DNA from: an uncultured Actinomycetes bacterium
GTDB lineage: Bacteria > Actinomycetota > UBA4738 > HRBIN12
Direction of reading: 5' to 3'
Assembly (NCBI GenBank): GCA_963704885.1
Contig: CAVPIB010000001.1
Coordinates: 416,001 to 480,000, forward strand
Length of the DNA stretch: 64,000 bases
Numbering within the stretch: position 1 is the first letter of the stretch; each line of letters begins with the position of its first letter. Shown one piece after another: positions 60,598 to 64,000 of this stretch. The position numbers and the translations under genes are program-made. A model generated the notes under the pieces. The model ran no database searches, was not told where the DNA came from, and saw only the letters and a list, made by a program, of their open reading frames with translations.

Positions 60598-62510
60598 AAC
60601 GTCCGGGATGGATCACCGTGCTCGCGTTGACGGCGTGTTTGAGCACGGCGCTCGCGGTAGCACCGCGTTCGCTCGCCACCGATCGGGCGCCCGAAGCGCC
60701 AACGCTCCGGCCATGCCCATGGATCGAGGGCGCCGAGTGCGGAGGGATCGAGGTAGCGCTCGACCGGAGGTATCCGGAGCTCGGGACGACACACGTGGGG
60801 TTCATCCGCTATCCGCATCGGCGCGACGATCTCCCGTCGTTCGGCACGATCGTGGCGGTGGAGGGTGGCCCCGGCTACTCGAGCATCGCCAGCCGCTGGT
60901 GGTACAAGCACCTCTACAACCCGCTCCTGGGTCGCCGCGACCTCCTGCTGATCGACTTGCGGGGGACCGGTCGTTCCGACCCCGTCGACTGTCCCGAGCT
61001 CCAGTCCTACCGAGGACCTTGGAAGCAACTGGTGAAACGCTGTGGCCGCGATCTGGGACCGCTGGCGGAACGCTACGGGAGCGCGTTCGCCGCCGCCGAC
61101 CTCGTCGTGCTGCTCGACGCTTTGGGCATCGAACGCATCGATCTGTACGGCGACTCCTACGGCACGTTCTTCGGCCAGACGTTCGCGATCCGCTATCCCG
61201 AGCGCGTCCGCACGCTCACGCTTGATGCGGCCTATCCGGTGGCGGGGGAGGACGCCTGGTGGCGGGACACGAACCGAGCGATCGCGGTGGCTTTCAGGGC
61301 TGTCTGCGAGCGGGATCCGGTATGCGCAGCCACGGCCCCTGATCCCATGGCGACCATCGGTCGATTGGCAGAGCGACTCCGTCGCGGGGCGATCGTCGGC
61401 GACGCCGCCGATGCCGACGGACGGATCCGGTCGATACGGGGCAACATCGACGCTCTGATCGGGCTTGTCGTTTCTGCCGCAACGAACCCCACGATCTATC
61501 GCGAGCTCCAAGCCGCCGCTCGCTCGGCCTTGCGAGGGGCGCGCCCCGACCCCGCGCCGCTCCTTCGCCTCATGGCCGAGAGCGCTTGGCACTGGGGCGC
61601 CGGGAACATCCACACGTATTCCGAGGGACTGGCCCAGGCGACGGGGTGCAACGACTACCCTCAGCTGTGGGACATCACCGCGCCGCTCGACGAGCGGCCG
61701 GCCCAGTACGCCCAGGCGCGAGCTGCCCTCGGCCAGAGCGACCCGGAGGCGTTCGCACCGTTCGGAGTCAACGAGTGGACCAACTCGTCCTCGGTCCTGT
61801 ACACGTCCTGTATCCGCTGGCCGTCTCCCACCGAGCACGTCCCGGCCAAACCTGTCGATGCACCGTACCCCGGCATGCCGACGTTGGTTCTCGATGGAGA
61901 TCTGGACTCGCTCACGTCGCCCGAGGGCGCGCAGACCGTGGCCTCCACGTTCACGAACGCGACCTATGTGGAGGTGGCGAACATGACGCACGTCTCCGCC
62001 CTGGGCGATCTTCTGGATTGCACCTCCGCCATCGTCCTGAGGTTCGTGCGCACTCAGGATCCCGGCGACACCTCATGTGCTGCCGGCTACCCGCCGGTCC
62101 GGACCGTGCCGCGCTTCCCGATCTTCGCAGCCGGAGTCCATGGGTCTTCGACCGCGAAGCGCGCCGGCATCGTGGCGGCGGCCACGGCTGCCGACGTCAT
62201 GGCTCGCTGGTGGAACATGGGCGGGACGTCGGGCGTTGGCTTGCGTGGGGGATCGTTCCAGACCCACGGCTACCGAGCGCCCCGGTTCCACCTGGCGGCG
62301 ACCCGGTGGGTCGAGGACGTGGCTGTGACGGGGGACGTCTCTTGGGATCGAAGATCGGGCCGGGTCGTTGCCATCCTGGAGTTGAGCGGATCGGGTATCC
62401 CGACATCCACGCTCCGCGTTCGGTGGAACACAGTTCACCCTCTGCGTCCCGCCGTCGTGATCGGCTTCGTGGGTGGATCAGCCGTGCAGCTTCACGTCCC
62501 CACACCTTAG
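60594..62510 (+). CDS. Secreted alpha/beta hydrolase, tripeptidyl aminopeptidase (TAP)-like
   Basis: Signal peptide, EGGPG, DLRGTGRS, YGDSYGT, GDLDSLT, MTH. Confidence 0.88.
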   Translation: MKRPGWITVLALTACLSTALAVAPRSLATDRAPEAPTLRPCPWIEGAECGGIEVALDRRYPELGTTHVGFIRYPHRRDDLPSFGTIVAVEGGPGYSSIASRWWYKHLYNPLLGRRDLLLIDLRGTGRSDPVDCPELQSYRGPWKQLVKRCGRDLGPLAERYGSAFAAADLVVLLDALGIERIDLYGDSYGTFFGQTFAIRYPERVRTLTLDAAYPVAGEDAWWRDTNRAIAVAFRAVCERDPVCAATAPDPMATIGRLAERLRRGAIVGDAADADGRIRSIRGNIDALIGLVVSAATNPTIYRELQAAARSALRGARPDPAPLLRLMAESAWHWGAGNIHTYSEGLAQATGCNDYPQLWDITAPLDERPAQYAQARAALGQSDPEAFAPFGVNEWTNSSSVLYTSCIRWPSPTEHVPAKPVDAPYPGMPTLVLDGDLDSLTSPEGAQTVASTFTNATYVEVANMTHVSALGDLLDCTSAIVLRFVRTQDPGDTSCAAGYPPVRTVPRFPIFAAGVHGSSTAKRAGIVAAATAADVMARWWNMGGTSGVGLRGGSFQTHGYRAPRFHLAATRWVEDVAVTGDVSWDRRSGRVVAILELSGSGIPTSTLRVRWNTVHPLRPAVVIGFVGGSAVQLHVPTP

Positions 62511-63400
62511 GTCACGCGCTCCGCGTACCAATCCGCGACCTCCGTGAGCCATCGGCCGGGCGCCTCCATCTGCGGCGCGTGGCCAAGGTCGGGGAAGATC
62601 CGCCCGCGCCACGTCGGGTACCTCCGCAAGGTCGCCTCGGCGAACGCCGCGGGCACGAACCGATCGCGCCGGCCGTGCAGGAGGAGGACTGGGCAATGAA
62701 CCCCGCCCATCGCTCGCGCTACCACGTCCGGTCGCTTCCCCAGGCGGAGGATGGAGCGAGCGGCATCCAGGAACGCGGCCGGAGCGTCGGGGTCTTCCTT
62801 GCGCTCGCGAGCCAGCGCCACGTCCATCTGCACGATCTCTTCTGGGATCGACCGGGGATCCGTGGTGACCATCCGATAGCCCAGCCGGACCGTCCGCTCC
62901 GGATCGATCCCGTGCATCCGGGCGATGACGGCCCGATCTCCGATCGAGGGGATGTCGTAGACAGCGAACACGCCGACCACCGCCGGATGTGGCCACCGAC
63001 CCTTGACCCGTGGGAGCACCGACGATGTCAACACCAGTCCTGCCACAGAGTCCGGCTCGACGGCGGCCTGCAGGATCGCGATCCCTCCTCCCATCGAATT
63101 CCCACAGATCACGACGTGCCCCGTGCCAAGCTCGTGGATGAATCGAGAGAGCACCCGTCGTTCGTCCATCAGGCCCGAGCCACGCCCCGATCTCGGGGAT
63201 CGGCCGAACCCAGGCAGGTCCAGGGCCAGCACCCGCCCCAGTCCAGACAGGCCTGGGGCCACCTGAAGCCAGTTCAGATGAGAGCCGCCGAGTCCGTGAA
63301 CCAGAACGAACGTCGCCTCGGCCGGCCCCTCCCAGGCGCGGTACCGCACCGGTCCGTCCAGGTCGATCGTCGCGAGATCAGGAAGCTCGAGATCCACCAC
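62507..63400 (-). CDS. Alpha/beta hydrolase
   Basis: VHGLGGSHLNW, DLPGFGRS, GNSMGG, GRRDRFVP, GHAPQME. Confidence 0.92.
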   Translation of the reverse strand: MVDLELPDLATIDLDGPVRYRAWEGPAEATFVLVHGLGGSHLNWLQVAPGLSGLGRVLALDLPGFGRSPRSGRGSGLMDERRVLSRFIHELGTGHVVICGNSMGGGIAILQAAVEPDSVAGLVLTSSVLPRVKGRWPHPAVVGVFAVYDIPSIGDRAVIARMHGIDPERTVRLGYRMVTTDPRSIPEEIVQMDVALARERKEDPDAPAAFLDAARSILRLGKRPDVVARAMGGVHCPVLLLHGRRDRFVPAAFAEATLRRYPTWRGRIFPDLGHAPQMEAPGRWLTEVADWYAERVT

Positions 63401-63479
63401 GACAGCCTACCGGTGAGCCTCGGGTGGGCCGTTCGAGGTGTGGTGAGACGTCGTCACAAGACCTCCATGCCCTCTGAGC

Positions 63480-63509
63480 TTTACAAATGCGACCTTCGCC
63501 CCTTACCAT
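63480..63509 (+). promoter_or_regulatory. Putative promoter of the sigma factor gene
   Basis: TTTACA-N18-TACCAT. Confidence 0.5.
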
Positions 63510-63644
63510 ACGATTGAGCGGCTGCCAAGGCGTTTCTTCTTGCGCGCCTGCACCTCAGCCGCCACCCAGAGGAAACCGAGTTCCCGAGGACCGGGCACGC
63601 TGCCTCCCGCAGCCGACCGGCCTCGAGGAGGAGCGTGATACGGA

Positions 63645-64000
63645 GTGCCCGAACCAGCGCGTCCCCTAGGGACGGACGACGCAGACGATCTACGCCTCTA
63701 CCTGGAGGCAGCGGCTCGCGAGCCGCTGCTCACCAAGGAGGAAGAGGTGGAGCTCGCCATGACGATCGAGGCGGGCAAGGAGGCCGAGGATCGGCTCCGC
63801 GCCGGACGTCTGCGTTCAGAGAAGAGCATCGCGAAGGCCCGTCGTGCGGTCCGAGACGCCGAGGCCGCTCGCCAGCGTTTCATCATGGCCAACCTCCGGC
63901 TGGTCGTGTCCGTGGCCCGCAAGTACCAGGGCCAGGGACTTCCCCTCCTTGACCTGATCCAGGAAGGCAACATCGGCCTGATGCGCGCGGTCGAGTTGTT
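63645..64000 (+). CDS. Group 1/2 sigma-70 factor (RpoD/SigB-like), 3'-partial
   Basis: DDLRLYL...[12 protein letters not shown] (region 1.2), [29 protein letters not shown] (region 2). GGAGGAG upstream of the GTG. Confidence 0.93.
   Translation, partial: MPEPARPLGTDDADDLRLYLEAAAREPLLTKEEEVELAMTIEAGKEAEDRLRAGRLRSEKSIAKARRAVRDAEAARQRFIMANLRLVVSVARKYQGQGLPLLDLIQEGNIGLMRAVEL

Noticed and set aside
63439-63458. CRP-like site GGTGA...TCACA upstream of the sigma gene
   Set aside because: The spacer is 7 nt rather than the canonical 6 and the left half-site is imperfect.

Overview
This is a high-GC chromosomal window with actinobacterial gene content (WS/DGAT, glnA4-type cluster, ECF42/DGPF pair, TAnnnT -10 boxes, apparent leaderless starts). 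It holds about 55 genes. I saw no rRNA, tRNA, CRISPR array or mobile element. Several otherwise intact genes carry single-base frameshifts, probably sequencing errors. Main blocks: (1) an Opp/Dpp ABC operon with a C45 hydrolase; (2) a ~17 kb amine/polyol catabolic region with two GS-like gamma-glutamyl ligases, three GATases (one fused to GrpB), two class III aminotransferases, an Eat-like permease, SDR, ALDH and a GntR-aldolase-ADH-FGGY operon, with matching candidate operators at both ends; (3) housekeeping and envelope genes (greA, lysyl-oxidase-like protein, trpB2, MBOAT+SGNH, ECF42); (4) the best novelty candidate at 41-49 kb; (5) assorted enzymes, a TMADH-like gene remnant, a cupredoxin-beta-helix-PLDc_N protein and a partial sigma-70 factor. 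Block 4 is a divergent pair of apparently circularly permuted alkaline-phosphatase-superfamily proteins, one keeping all metal ligands and one lacking them. They are coupled respectively to a GT-C-like/MFS fusion and to a YcgR/YcgQ permease, beside a znuCB-zur operon with no adjacent znuA. All calls come from manual motif recognition; no database searches were run.
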